64,000 nucleotides of DNA from Eledone cirrhosa (taxonomy: Eukaryota), in the NCBI GenBank assembly GCA_964016885.1, contig OZ024741.1, positions 248,930,001 through 248,994,000 on the forward strand. Direction: 5' to 3'. The notes beneath the pieces are model-generated. The model saw nothing but the letters and a program-made list of their open reading frames with translations. It was not told where the DNA came from and did no database searches. This document shows positions 63,701 to 64,000 of this stretch, piece by piece. A program made the position numbers and the translations under genes. Position 1 is the stretch's first letter, and each line of letters begins with the position of its first letter.

Positions 63701-63830
63701 CGTCCAAGGGGAGATAATTTCCCGCCAGCCAAGGAGAGATAATATTTAAAAAAATCAGGCGGAGATAATTTGTAAAAAAAATCAGGGGGAGATAATTTGT
63801 AAAAAAATCAGGGGGAGATAATTTGTAAAA
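51780..63830 (+). repeat. Tandem duplication with unit ~5.7/6.06 kb (second unit starts ~57500-57700); third copy of ~23.5-29.8 kb
   Basis: Offsets 5717 (52002/57719, 53770/59487) then 6063-6064 (54892/60956, 57430/63493). Offset to the first copy is 34042, then 34013-34014. Confidence 0.88.
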
Positions 63831-64000
63831 AAAAATCAGGGGGAGATAATTTGTAAAAAAAATCAGGGGGAGATAATTTGTAAAAAAAAATCAGGGGTAG
63901 ATAATTTGTAAAAAAAAATCAGGGGGAGATAATTTGTAAAAAAAAATCAGGGGGAGATAATTTGTAAAAAAATCAAGGGGAGATAATTTCCAGCCGTCCA

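Larger units (their letters stand above)
1..64000 (+). repeat. Composite two-monomer satellite array (type A 26-29 bp and type B 25 bp, shared core GGGGAGATAATTT), head-to-tail, running off both window ends
   Basis: Every line consists of tcagggggagataatttgt(a)7-10 or ccaaggggagataatttccagccgt units or close variants. No unique insert or inversion seen. About 2,400 monomers estimated from 64000/~26.5. Confidence 0.98.

Noticed and set aside
417-63732. Numerous minus-strand ORFs (61-209 aa) of LSPLGRLEII/TNYLPLIFF/YKLSPPDFF repeats
   Set aside because: They are translations of the satellite. The + strand has TAA in every monomer while the - strand has few stops. Frames shift with A-tract length and with the 25-bp unit, the ORFs overlap in several frames, most begin at non-ATG codons, and none resembles a protein domain.
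1-64000. CRISPR-like constant repeat with intervening spacers
   Set aside because: The 'spacers' are only ~9-13 bp and of two recurring kinds rather than unique. The core is non-palindromic, and there is no leader or cas gene.
1-64000. Telomerase-synthesised long telomeric repeat (as in 23-25-bp yeast telomeres)
   Set aside because: Two tail types, inherited point variants and multi-kb duplications indicate recombinational amplification, not templated addition. A subtelomeric location cannot be excluded.
1-64000. A/B pattern as an information-bearing code or programmed diversity cassette system
   Set aside because: The order is explained by nested duplications and deletions of a few modules. 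No recombinase, reverse transcriptase or expression locus is present in the window.
1-64000. Pure sequencing or synthetic artefact
   Set aside because: Hierarchically shared diagnostic variants and consistent homopolymer lengths between distant copies look like real satellite evolution. Copy number of the largest duplications still needs read validation.

Overview
The whole 64 kb is one uninterrupted, single-orientation tandem-repeat (satellite) array, most likely eukaryotic heterochromatin. I see no unique sequence, gene, RNA gene, transposon or CRISPR locus. Two short monomers share the core CARGGGGAGATAATTT. Type A is TCAGGGGGAGATAATTTGT+A7-10 (26-29 bp, A-tract tail). Type B is CCAAGGGGAGATAATTTCCAGCCGT (25 bp, GC/CpG tail). 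Runs of A alternate with runs of B, and the B runs come from a small fixed vocabulary of multi-monomer modules (M1-M5) with diagnostic variants. These are nested into duplications of about 0.2, 1, 3.2, 6 and 7-7.7 kb, plus long copies offset by about 17, 23, 28 and 34 kb. All listed ORFs are minus-strand translation artefacts of the repeat. I cannot name the organism or satellite family. The most interesting aspects are the binary shared-core architecture, its strict module grammar and the readable recombination history. Boundaries were read by eye and from ORF-track offsets, so they are approximate.
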